Positions 48,326 to 57,510 of a stretch of DNA of 64,000 nucleotides are shown here, piece after piece. Both the position numbers and the translations under genes were made by a program. The first letter of the stretch is position 1, and each line of letters opens with the position of its first letter. The DNA is from Candidatus Saccharibacteria bacterium QS_5_54_17 (GTDB lineage: Bacteria; Patescibacteriota; Saccharimonadia; QS-5-54-17). Below the pieces are notes generated by a model that had not been told where the DNA came from, did not search any database, and saw only the letters and a list, made by a program, of their open reading frames with translations. The DNA lies in assembly GCA_003022365.1 (NCBI GenBank), contig PXOU01000018.1, forward strand, positions 11,900-75,899, given 5' to 3'.

Positions 48326-48712
48326 ATGCCGCAACTCGATTACTTCGAACGCAAACTGGATTCCAAAAACCGGTTAACCATACCGACCGAAGTCCGGGAT
48401 GAGTTCGAAAACGGGGAAATGGTCATTACCCAAGGCTTTGGCAACTACTTGCACCTTTATAGTAAGCAGGTATGGGATGCGGACATGGAATCCGCCCTTT
48501 CAGGTGACATCCTGGATGAACGGATCGCCGATTTGAACGTCAAATTCCGGCTGGGAAAACAAACCACCCATCTGGACAAAAAACAGGGCCGCATTACCAT
48601 CGAACAGCGCTTGCTGGATTACGCCGGCATCGATACCGATATCGTGGCCGTCCGGGTGGGCAAATACTGGCGGCTGATGAGCCCGGACCGGACGCGGGTA
48701 GCGACTGAGTAA
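48326..48712 (+). CDS. mraZ: Transcriptional regulator MraZ
   Basis: Two tandem AbrB/SpoVT-like halves with DxKxR motifs (LDSKNRLTIP; LDKKQGRITI). Confidence 0.75.
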   Translation: MPQLDYFERKLDSKNRLTIPTEVRDEFENGEMVITQGFGNYLHLYSKQVWDADMESALSGDILDERIADLNVKFRLGKQTTHLDKKQGRITIEQRLLDYAGIDTDIVAVRVGKYWRLMSPDRTRVATE

Positions 48713-49079
48713 TACCGACATTCCCGCTGCGCTTGCCGTAGTTGATCAATCACTGATTTGCACATTCAAAAAACAAAAACAAAAACACCACAAAATAACT
48801 TGTCTGCGGACATTAATAGGTATTTTCCTACATTAATTCGCGCGAGATCAGCTATGTGGTAGCCAGCGGGTGGTTCCAGGGTTGGATACACCCATAAAAA
48901 ACAACCCTCGCACCTCAAATCTCCAAAACAACAACTCCACCTCACACGTCTCTCTTTTACGAAGGAATTATTATAATTCCTTACCACAACAACCCTCCCG
49001 CCGCTGGCGGGACGGGGCTCATAAAAACAAAAACCCCTCATAAAAACAAAAAGCTGGCTACTACATAGGTGGTCTTGAC

Positions 49080-49976
49080 ATGCCAAAACACACACCGGAA
49101 ACAAAATCCAACCAGGCGCCGCACCAACCGGTATTAGGCGAAGCGGTTTTAGACATGCTCACGCCCCGCCCGGGAGAGCGATATCTGGACTTGACGGCCG
49201 GCTACGGCGGCCATACCCGCCCCATTCTGGAGCGGACCGGATATCAGCCGGACCATGTACTGGTTGACCGTGACGAGGAAGCAGTCTCCTATCTTGCTTG
49301 CCAATTCGCCGATGATTTGGTCCGGATCATCCACAGCGATTATGAGGCGGCCTTGGCAGGATTCCACCCCGAAGATGTGTTCGATCTGATATGTTTGGAT
49401 CTGGGCGTGTCATCACCGCAACTTGACAGTGCAGAACGCGGATTCAGTTTTTCGGCCGATGGGCCATTGGATATGCGAATGGACCAAACCAGAGGTATAA
49501 CCGCGGCCGAATTACTCGATCGTTTGTCCGAGGCTGATATCGCCGACATATTGGCCCGATACGGCGAGGAGCGGCAATCGGGGCGTATCGCTCGTGCCAT
49601 CGCCCGAGCACGTCCCATCGAACGGACCACGCAGCTGTCGGAAATTGTGGCGGGTGCCTATACGGGCAAAAGCCGATTGCATCCGGCCACCCGGACGTTC
49701 CAAGCCCTCCGTATTGCCGTCAACGATGAAATCGGGCAATTGGAGCGGTCGCTGCCGATGATCGAATCCGTGTTGTCTTCCGGTGGGCGGATGGCGGTCA
49801 TTAGTTTTCACAGTCTGGAAGACCGCGCCGTCAAGCAATTCATCACCGGAAGCAGCCTGGAACCGCTTAACCGCGGGGTAATCCAGGGGAAAATTAACGA
49901 TGTTTCCAACCCGCGCGCCCGGAGCGCCAAGCTCCGGGCGGCGATCAAAAATACAAACGGCCCGGCCGGGGCCTAA
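49080..49976 (+). CDS. rsmH: 16S rRNA (cytosine1402-N4)-methyltransferase RsmH
   Basis: DLGVSSPQLD motif and SAM-binding motifs. Confidence 0.9.
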   Translation: MPKHTPETKSNQAPHQPVLGEAVLDMLTPRPGERYLDLTAGYGGHTRPILERTGYQPDHVLVDRDEEAVSYLACQFADDLVRIIHSDYEAALAGFHPEDVFDLICLDLGVSSPQLDSAERGFSFSADGPLDMRMDQTRGITAAELLDRLSEADIADILARYGEERQSGRIARAIARARPIERTTQLSEIVAGAYTGKSRLHPATRTFQALRIAVNDEIGQLERSLPMIESVLSSGGRMAVISFHSLEDRAVKQFITGSSLEPLNRGVIQGKINDVSNPRARSAKLRAAIKNTNGPAGA

Positions 49977-50013
49977 CCCGGTCGCAAAACAAACACCAGG
50001 GAGGAGGTAAGCT

Positions 50014-50094
50014 GTGGCTATCAAAGTACAAACGGCCGGAAGCAACCAAAAAGCCCAAGCCGTGAACGTCAAAGTTCTCGAGCCCGCCGCTTAA
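50014..50094 (+). CDS. Candidate 26-codon small ORF (MAIKVQTAGSNQKAQAVNVKVLEPAA) with a GGGAGGAGG SD
   Basis: Strongest SD in this region; GTG start 6 nt downstream of it. No homology recognised. Confidence 0.2.
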   Translation: MAIKVQTAGSNQKAQAVNVKVLEPAA

Positions 50095-50252
50095 GCGGCA
50101 GTTATGGGTATGGGCGCCGCGCCTTTCGCCTAAGTAGCGGCGCCCCCCCTTCAAGAAAAACAAGAAAGACAATAAAGACAACAGAAAACACAAACCAAAA
50201 CACCCGTTGCTGGGGCGAAGTTGCCCGAGCAACCAAGGAAAACAAAAACACT

Positions 50253-50597
50253 ATGTATCAACAACAAGCAATTCTGCGCCAACAACGCGCCCGGCGGGCC
50301 CGCCGGAATCGGGATGTGGGGACGCCCGGGGCCAGCAAGACACTGGGGCCGGTAACGACTACTTTATTTCTGGTGGTCATCGTCGGCGTACTCTCGCTTC
50401 TGTACCTGACGCAAGTTACCAAAACCAGCAGCCTGGATTATCAAATCAGCGATCTGAATCAAAAGCAGGAAAAGCTCCTCCAAGAGCAACAAAAGCTGCA
50501 AGTAGAAGCCGCCCGGCTGCGGTCGGTGGGACGGGTGGAAAACTCCGGGGTCGCGGCCGAACTTGAACCGGAAACCAATGTAACTTATGGACAGTAG
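50253..50597 (+). CDS. ftsL: FtsL/DivIC-like cell division protein (basic N-terminus, 1 TM, coiled coil)
   Basis: Position between rsmH and ftsI. Matching topology. Confidence 0.55.
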   Translation: MYQQQAILRQQRARRARRNRDVGTPGASKTLGPVTTTLFLVVIVGVLSLLYLTQVTKTSSLDYQISDLNQKQEKLLQEQQKLQVEAARLRSVGRVENSGVAAELEPETNVTYGQ

Positions 50598-52311
50598 CCG
50601 TTCCCGGATCACGACGTTAGGGGTGGTTTTTCTGCTGCTGGCCGGGGCAGTGGTGGTGCGTTTGGGGTATTTGCAGATACTCCGGGCTGATCACTTTTCG
50701 GTGTTGGCTACCCAATCCCAGTCCCGCAAATTCGAGATTCCCGCCCAAAGGGGTGAGATATTTATGCAGGATCGCGGGGAAGCAACGGCCGTGGCCATGA
50801 ATCGGAACCTGAAAACCTTATACGCCGACACCCGGTATATATATGATCAAACCCGGGTGGTACGGAAACTCAAAGACATCCTTGGAACCGATTTCACCCG
50901 AAAATTATCCGGTGCTGACGGATACACGCTGCTGAAGGAAGAAGTACCGTATGAGACGGCCCAAAAAATCAAGCAACTCGGGCTTTCGGGCATCGGATTA
51001 AGCGATAATTACACCCGGGTCTACCCCGAAGGCACGCTGGGAGCGCGGCTGCTGGGGTTCGTCAATCAGGACGGAGAAGGCCAGTACGGCGTGGAAGGCG
51101 GGCTGGACGAGGCACTGTCGGGCACCACCGGGTTTTTGGCTGCCGAAACCGATGCGGGCGGAATTCCCATTCCTTCCGAGGAGAACGTAGAGAAACAGGC
51201 CCGGGACGGGAAGGATGTGGTATTAACCATCGATCGGAACATCCAGGATTTCGCCGAATCGGCGCTCAAACGGGGTGCCCAAGAGACCGGAGCCCGATCC
51301 GGCCACGTGGTCATTATGGATCCGAACTCGGGTCGCGTCTTAGCTATGGCCAACTATCCCACCTATAATCCCAACACCTACCAAGAGGTGACTGATTATC
51401 AGCGCTTCCGGAACGTGACGGTCAGCCAAAAGTTCGAAGCCGGTTCGGTGTTCAAGCCCTTTACCATGGCGGCCGGGCTGGATTCGGGAAGCGTGACACC
51501 TGAGGAATCCTATTACGACCGCGGCTTCGTCCAGGTGGGCGAGCACAAAATTACCAATGCCCTGGGCGGCAGCGAACCCCGCAGCATGAGGGAAGTTATT
51601 ACCAATTCCGTCAACACCGGCGCCATATACGTACTCAAACAGTTGGGTGAGCAGTCGGGATCGGCGGGTATTTCCAAGGCCAATAAACAAACTTTGCATA
51701 ACTACTTTACCGATCGGTTTCATTTAACCGACGGCACCGGTGTAAAGCTGCCCGGTGAACCGTCGCTGAGCATGGACGCGCCGGGAGAAGTCAGCAACGT
51801 CAATTATGCCAATATGGCTTTCGGACAGGGCATAACCACCACCATGTTGCGGATGACCAGCTCCATGAGCGCGGTTATTAACGGCGGCACGCTGTATAAA
51901 CCGCAGGTGGTTGATTTCTACCGGACACCCGATCAAGAGGCGGGGCGGGACGTCAGCACCCAAGTGACGGATGATTCCGTAGTCTCCGAGAAAACCTCCC
52001 AGCAGATCCGGGCGATGATGGAAACGGTGGTCGAGCGCGGCGGGGGTTTCGGCGCCCGCATAGACGGCTACCGGGTGGGCGGGAAGACCGGTACGGCCCA
52101 GCTGCCTCACCCAGACGGGGGATATTATGAAGACAAGGAGATCGGTACTTTCATCGGTTTCGCCCCGGTTGAAGACCCCCAATACATTATGATGGTCCGG
52201 ATGGATCAACCGACGACCCCCGGTTTTGCCGGTTCGGTGGCGGCCGGCCCCGTTTTCGGTGACATCATGGAACAATTACTACGATATAAAGGTGTTCCGC
52301 CCGCCCAATAG
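50587..52311 (+). CDS. ftsI: Penicillin-binding protein (FtsI-type transpeptidase)
   Basis: N-terminal TM. SxxK (SVFK), SVN and KTG motifs. Confidence 0.9.
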   Translation: MDSSRSRITTLGVVFLLLAGAVVVRLGYLQILRADHFSVLATQSQSRKFEIPAQRGEIFMQDRGEATAVAMNRNLKTLYADTRYIYDQTRVVRKLKDILGTDFTRKLSGADGYTLLKEEVPYETAQKIKQLGLSGIGLSDNYTRVYPEGTLGARLLGFVNQDGEGQYGVEGGLDEALSGTTGFLAAETDAGGIPIPSEENVEKQARDGKDVVLTIDRNIQDFAESALKRGAQETGARSGHVVIMDPNSGRVLAMANYPTYNPNTYQEVTDYQRFRNVTVSQKFEAGSVFKPFTMAAGLDSGSVTPEESYYDRGFVQVGEHKITNALGGSEPRSMREVITNSVNTGAIYVLKQLGEQSGSAGISKANKQTLHNYFTDRFHLTDGTGVKLPGEPSLSMDAPGEVSNVNYANMAFGQGITTTMLRMTSSMSAVINGGTLYKPQVVDFYRTPDQEAGRDVSTQVTDDSVVSEKTSQQIRAMMETVVERGGGFGARIDGYRVGGKTGTAQLPHPDGGYYEDKEIGTFIGFAPVEDPQYIMMVRMDQPTTPGFAGSVAAGPVFGDIMEQLLRYKGVPPAQ

Positions 52312-52348
52312 ATGCTATATTGGACAATAGAAGGATTTAAAAAGCAAT

Positions 52349-53404
52349 ATGAACTCGATATTCAATCAACTACCCCCGCCCATTACCATCGAACCGCAGA
52401 TGCTATCCTGGCTGGTGCTGGCCGCCTTGGCAGGTTTTGTCCTGGCTATGGCCTTAACTCCCGTCTATACCTATTTCGCCTTTACCTATGAAGCCTGGAA
52501 ACGGGTGCGCCAATCGACGACGTCGGGAGAAAAAGCGCCGGTGTTCCATAAACTGCACCAGGAGAAACACCAACGTAATATCCCCACTATGGCGGGTGTC
52601 GTCATCGTGGTGTCCGTGGCCGTGGTGACTTTATTGTTTAACTATGACCAAGCCCAGACCTTGTTGCCGCTGCTGGCCTTGGTGGCGGCCGGCAGTGTCG
52701 GATTGGTGGACGATTTGATCAATATCCGGGGAGAGGGGACCGGGGTGGCCGGACTCCGGTCGCGGTTGAAATTTTGGTTGATACTATCTATCGCTGCCGG
52801 AGTTAGCGTCTACGCTTTCGTCAAATTGGGATACGTCAGCCTGGCCGTGCCGTTTTTGGGGCAAGTGCCGCTGGGATGGGGGTTGGTGCCGCTGTTTATC
52901 CTGGTGATTCTGGCCTCGGCCAACGCCGTCAACATTACTGACGGACTGGATGGACTGGCCGGCGGCTTGTCGACCATTGTCTTCGGCGTCTACTCCATAA
53001 TCGCGCTTCTGCAAGGGAATATGGGGATCGCGGTATTTTGCGCCACGGTGGTGGGCGTCATGCTCTCCTACACCTGGTTTAACATTTATCCGGCCCGCTT
53101 CTTCATGGGTGACAGCGGATCCTTCGCCTTGGGGACCACTTTGGGGGTCATCGCTTTGCTGACAGATACGGTACTCTTATTGCCGATTATCGGGGCCGTA
53201 TTCGTGCTGGAAGCCGGCTCCAGCAGCATCCAGTTGCTGTCCAAGCGGCTTCGGGGGCGGAAGATTTTCCACTCGGCGCCGCTGCACCATCATTTCGAAG
53301 CGATGGGATGGCCGGAAACCAAAGTCACCATGCGGTTCTGGGTACTGGGGTCGGTGTCGGGGACCATCGGTTTGATGATTGCCATATGGGGCGGACAATT
53401 GTAA
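52349..53404 (+). CDS. mraY: Phospho-N-acetylmuramoyl-pentapeptide transferase
   Basis: NITDGLDGLA motif. Polytopic membrane protein. Confidence 0.9.
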   Translation: MNSIFNQLPPPITIEPQMLSWLVLAALAGFVLAMALTPVYTYFAFTYEAWKRVRQSTTSGEKAPVFHKLHQEKHQRNIPTMAGVVIVVSVAVVTLLFNYDQAQTLLPLLALVAAGSVGLVDDLINIRGEGTGVAGLRSRLKFWLILSIAAGVSVYAFVKLGYVSLAVPFLGQVPLGWGLVPLFILVILASANAVNITDGLDGLAGGLSTIVFGVYSIIALLQGNMGIAVFCATVVGVMLSYTWFNIYPARFFMGDSGSFALGTTLGVIALLTDTVLLLPIIGAVFVLEAGSSSIQLLSKRLRGRKIFHSAPLHHHFEAMGWPETKVTMRFWVLGSVSGTIGLMIAIWGGQL

Positions 53405-53446
53405 TCGTTTTACGTTGAAAAATAAAAAAATACACAAGAGACACCG

Positions 53447-54691
53447 GTGAAAACATTAACCCGTATTCGAAACCAAAACCAAAATTACGCTCGCCAATCG
53501 ACTCGTCTTCGGGCCCATCGGCCGGATACCGGCCTGATCTTACTGGTCGGGATTTTGCTGGTCATCGGGGTGGTGGTGATTTATTCCATCAGCCCCACCT
53601 TGAGCCGGGAATTACTGGATGGGGGCAGTGAAAACTATTTCGCCTACGCCCAGTTAGGGCACATCGGTTTGGGAATCCTTGTCTTCGCGGTGGCCGCCAA
53701 AATCCCGCTCACTTGGTGGCGGAAATTATTGCCGTGGCTGGTGCTGGCGACATTGGCCAGCTTCCTGTTGATGCTGACGCCGCTTGGGGTGACTTCGGGC
53801 GGGGCGACCCGGTGGTTGGGTACCGCCTCGCTTAGCTTCCAGCCGGTGGAATTGGCCAAATTTACGCTGGTAATCGGGGCCGCCGCTTGGTTCAGCGGAC
53901 TGAAAGACGGGGAGATCAAGCGGTTTTCATTTGCTTTGGCGCCGCTGTTAATCGCCTTAGGGGTGTTGTCGGTATTCGTCGTCTTACACCAGTCGGATCT
54001 GGGATCAATGCTGGTTTTGGCCGCCATTGCCGCCTCGATTTTCTTTGTCGCCGGCGCGCCGTTGCGGCATATCGGCTACCTGTTGGGTATCGGGCTGGCC
54101 GGTATTATCCTGAGTATCGTCTTGGCGCCCCACCGTATGGAAAGGTTGCGGACATTTTTCAATCCCGAACAAGGAATAGCTGAGACGGGTTATCATCTCC
54201 ACCAAGCCTTGATCGCGGTCGGTTCGGGCGGCCTGTTCGGGCTGGGGCTGGGCGAAAGCGTCCAAGTCTATGGATATCTCCCCGAGGCGGCCAATGATTC
54301 GATTTTTGCCATTATCGGCGAAACCTTTGGATTGCTGGGCGGATTAGTCATCGTCGCCCTGTTTGTGCTATTGGTGTCCCGGTGTTTGGTCATTGCCCGC
54401 TGGGCCCACGACCGGTTTGCCGGTTATATCGCGCTGGGTATCGGGACATGGATCGCCGTCCAGGCCTTGATCAACATCACCGCTATGATCGGCATGATAC
54501 CTTTGAGCGGCATTACCTTGCCGCTGGTCAGCTACGGCGGATCCAGCTTATTGTTTGTTATGCTGGCGATGGGAGTCGTCACCCATATTTCTATGTATAC
54601 AGTAAGGAACCGGAATGAAAATCGTACTCACCGGGGGCGGAACGGGCGGGCACATCGCCCCGCTTTCGGCGGTAGCCCGGGCGCTGTCTAA
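53447..54691 (+). CDS. ftsW: SEDS-family peptidoglycan glycosyltransferase FtsW
   Basis: 10-TM SEDS architecture. Position between mraY and murG. Confidence 0.85.
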   Translation: MKTLTRIRNQNQNYARQSTRLRAHRPDTGLILLVGILLVIGVVVIYSISPTLSRELLDGGSENYFAYAQLGHIGLGILVFAVAAKIPLTWWRKLLPWLVLATLASFLLMLTPLGVTSGGATRWLGTASLSFQPVELAKFTLVIGAAAWFSGLKDGEIKRFSFALAPLLIALGVLSVFVVLHQSDLGSMLVLAAIAASIFFVAGAPLRHIGYLLGIGLAGIILSIVLAPHRMERLRTFFNPEQGIAETGYHLHQALIAVGSGGLFGLGLGESVQVYGYLPEAANDSIFAIIGETFGLLGGLVIVALFVLLVSRCLVIARWAHDRFAGYIALGIGTWIAVQALINITAMIGMIPLSGITLPLVSYGGSSLLFVMLAMGVVTHISMYTVRNRNENRTHRGRNGRAHRPAFGGSPGAV

Positions 54692-55694
54692 TCAGCAAAC
54701 CCCGCCTCACCTGCATTATATCGGCGAAGGGTCCCACTTGGAGCACCGGATGCTCTCCTGTGGCGACCGGTTATTATGCCATTCGGTGATGTCGGGCAAA
54801 TTCCGCCGCTATCACGGCGATTCCCTGTGGGCGCACCTGGCGGACGTACCAACGCTTACCCGGAACGCTCGCGACGCCGTTAAAGTAATGATCGGATTTT
54901 TCCAGAGTCTTTGGCTGCTGTTGGAAATCCGTCCCCAAGTGGTGTTTTCCAAGGGCGGGTATACCGCGCTGCCGGTCGGGTTGGCGGCGGCAGTTTTGCG
55001 CATTCGCCTGATAACCCATGATTCGGACGTGGTCCCGGGTCTGACCAATCGCGTGCTGGGTCGATTCGCCGCCGAGACCGCCTGTGGATTTCCCCGTGAA
55101 GGGAGCACATTTACCGGTAATCCGGTCAATCCGGATTTGCGGTCCGCTCCCGCCGCCGGGTGGGGATCCGACAAACCGGTGGTGATGTTTATGGGCGGCA
55201 GCTCGGGAGCCAATGTTATAAATCGATTGGTGTTCGGGAATGTGGACCGGCTGCGGGAGCGTTACACCATAGTGCACATTACCGGGCAAGCCGATCTCCC
55301 CAAGGCGCCGGAGCCGGCTTCCGACTATCGACCCTATGATTTTGTGGACCCGGCGACGATGGGCGGGTTGCTGAAGTCAGCCGACGTAGTACTATCCCGG
55401 GCCGGCGCCAACGCCATTGCCGATTTGGCCGCCTGCGGGGCGGCCGCCATTCTCATCCCCGGCCGTCATATGACGGGCGGGCAACAACTCCGCAACGCCA
55501 CCACCGTCACCGACTGCGGCGCTGCCTATTTGCTCCGTGAAGAGCACTTAGATATTGATTCGGTTACCGAAGCTATTGATTATGTTTATGCCCATCAGCA
55601 GCAGTATCGACGGGGCATGGAGGCGTTGGATCGGCCCCAAGCAGCCGCTGAATTGGCCACCATGATTACCGGCGGGAGTAACCATGCCTCGTAA
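54615..55694 (+). CDS. murG: UDP-GlcNAc:undecaprenyl-PP-MurNAc-pentapeptide GlcNAc transferase MurG
   Basis: N-terminal GGGTGGH loop. Overlaps the ftsW 3' end by 77 nt. Confidence 0.9.
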   Translation: MKIVLTGGGTGGHIAPLSAVARALSNQQTPPHLHYIGEGSHLEHRMLSCGDRLLCHSVMSGKFRRYHGDSLWAHLADVPTLTRNARDAVKVMIGFFQSLWLLLEIRPQVVFSKGGYTALPVGLAAAVLRIRLITHDSDVVPGLTNRVLGRFAAETACGFPREGSTFTGNPVNPDLRSAPAAGWGSDKPVVMFMGGSSGANVINRLVFGNVDRLRERYTIVHITGQADLPKAPEPASDYRPYDFVDPATMGGLLKSADVVLSRAGANAIADLAACGAAAILIPGRHMTGGQQLRNATTVTDCGAAYLLREEHLDIDSVTEAIDYVYAHQQQYRRGMEALDRPQAAAELATMITGGSNHAS

Positions 55695-56502
55695 ACAACG
55701 CCCAAACCATCGTTCCCGCCGCCCGGCAGCAGACGCTAACGGAGGGCGCCGGGAATCGCCGTCTCCGTTCCAAGCCCAGTATTACCGCGGCAGCCCGTCC
55801 AAGCAGTCAAACGCGCTGCCCGGGTGGAAGGTGGGGGTGGCGTTGGTTTGTCTGCTCGGGGCGGCCATCGCGGTCTTTGTATGGGGCCGGGTGGAAACGG
55901 TGGCCGTAACCGGCACCGATGACGGTGATGTCAAAACGGCCATCAGGGAACAGGTGCAGTCCCGATACGGGTTTCTGTGGCAGGCCTACACCCGTTCTCC
56001 GCCGCAGCATGGGCAGTATCCAGACACGGTGGCCACGGTGACCGTGACTCCGCAGTGGCGGAAACAACAACTCAACGCCTCAGTTACCATGAAAAAACCG
56101 CAATTACGGTGGCAGACGGGAGATTCGGTATATGCGGTGGGGGAGAACGGGAAGGTGCTTCACGCGGTGGAGGAGGCGAGCCAAAGCGGGGCGCCGCTGA
56201 TCCGCGACCAATCCGATTTGCCGGTGGAAGTCGCCGGAAAGGTGGTGTCCGGGCGCTTCGTGGCCTTTGCCCGCCAAATTGCCTATTCGGATCTGTCCAT
56301 CACTGGCCTGCGGATCATCAACACCACCAGCGAGCTGTACGCTGATCTCGAGCAGGGGTATTACGTCCGATTCGACACCACCGGTTCCGCCCAAGTCCAA
56401 CTGGATAATGTAAAGCGCATCCAAAAGATCGCCAAGCGCCAGAACGACGCCATCAACCAATACATTGACGTCCGCCTGCCGTACAAAGCCTACTATAAGT
56501 AG
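55684..56502 (+). CDS. ftsQ: FtsQ/DivIB-like cell division protein
   Basis: Basic N-terminus, 1 TM, POTRA-like region. Position after murG. Confidence 0.65.
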   Translation: MPRKQRPNHRSRRPAADANGGRRESPSPFQAQYYRGSPSKQSNALPGWKVGVALVCLLGAAIAVFVWGRVETVAVTGTDDGDVKTAIREQVQSRYGFLWQAYTRSPPQHGQYPDTVATVTVTPQWRKQQLNASVTMKKPQLRWQTGDSVYAVGENGKVLHAVEEASQSGAPLIRDQSDLPVEVAGKVVSGRFVAFARQIAYSDLSITGLRIINTTSELYADLEQGYYVRFDTTGSAQVQLDNVKRIQKIAKRQNDAINQYIDVRLPYKAYYK

Positions 56503-56880
56503 CCCGGTAGAGGGGGGTAAGCAGGTAACAGTAGGCGGTAGACAGCAGACAGCAGACAGGGAAAAAGGAACAAGTAGCAGGGAGCAAGGAGTAAGGAGTA
56601 AGCGGATCTTAAGAGGAGTGGCGAAAAAATGTCATCCTGAATTTATTTCAGGATCTGTTTTAGACTCAGAGCGATTCCGAAACTGATCCCGGATCGGAGT
56701 CCGGGATGACGTCTTCGGAATGACAAAGAGGGTAACAAAAAAAAGAAGTGCCCTCCTAAAGATGTCATCCTGAACTTGTTTCAGGATCTATTTAAAACCA
56801 TATCGGCTTAATGGATGCCGGCTCGGCGGCCGGAATGACAAAGAGGGGAGACAGGGAGTAAGGAGCAAGCAGCAGGGAGT
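56503..56880. repeat. Mosaic intergenic repeat array
   Basis: The trailer module directly follows the ftsQ stop. Confidence 0.8.
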
Positions 56881-57510
56881 AAAAAGCAAGTAAACGAATT
56901 CCAAATTCCAATAGAAATGTTCAGATTGCAAATAGGAGATTGCCCGACCCTGCTCTGTTTCTGTTCGTTTTTTGTTCAAACATGTTGGCGACAGCGACCA
57001 GGCGCAAAAAATATATGAAAATACTAGCGGCAAACATGTCAAATATACACAAAAATATAATAGGAAAGAGAAGAGGGGAAAGTGTCAATAGTCCCAAATC
57101 AAGCAATTCAATAAATAACCCCCGTAACTAATATGTTGTGGAAAACGTGACGTGCCTCACATCAACCGTAACGTATGTAATGCAGCTGCGGGAAGGTCTT
57201 TTAAAAGGTAGTCACCACAAGTAACACCACAGGCGAGATCACCGGAATAACCGGATTCGTTGGTGTAACTTGACGCGTTACACACCATCAGCTGCTCCAC
57301 TATCCCGGCCAAGGGACCCTGATACCACAAATAAGACGTACGATACGCCATATATTAGCTTACTGCGGGAACGTCGCAAAATATGCATTGTGCGACGTTG
57401 CATTTATTTCGGTTGTTTCGGTGCAATCGTCCGGCTCGATTGAGTTTGCTTTGCGGGTTACGCCCATGTATTCCTCCCTACCCGGCATTACCCTGTTTTG
57501 GTGTTATGGC

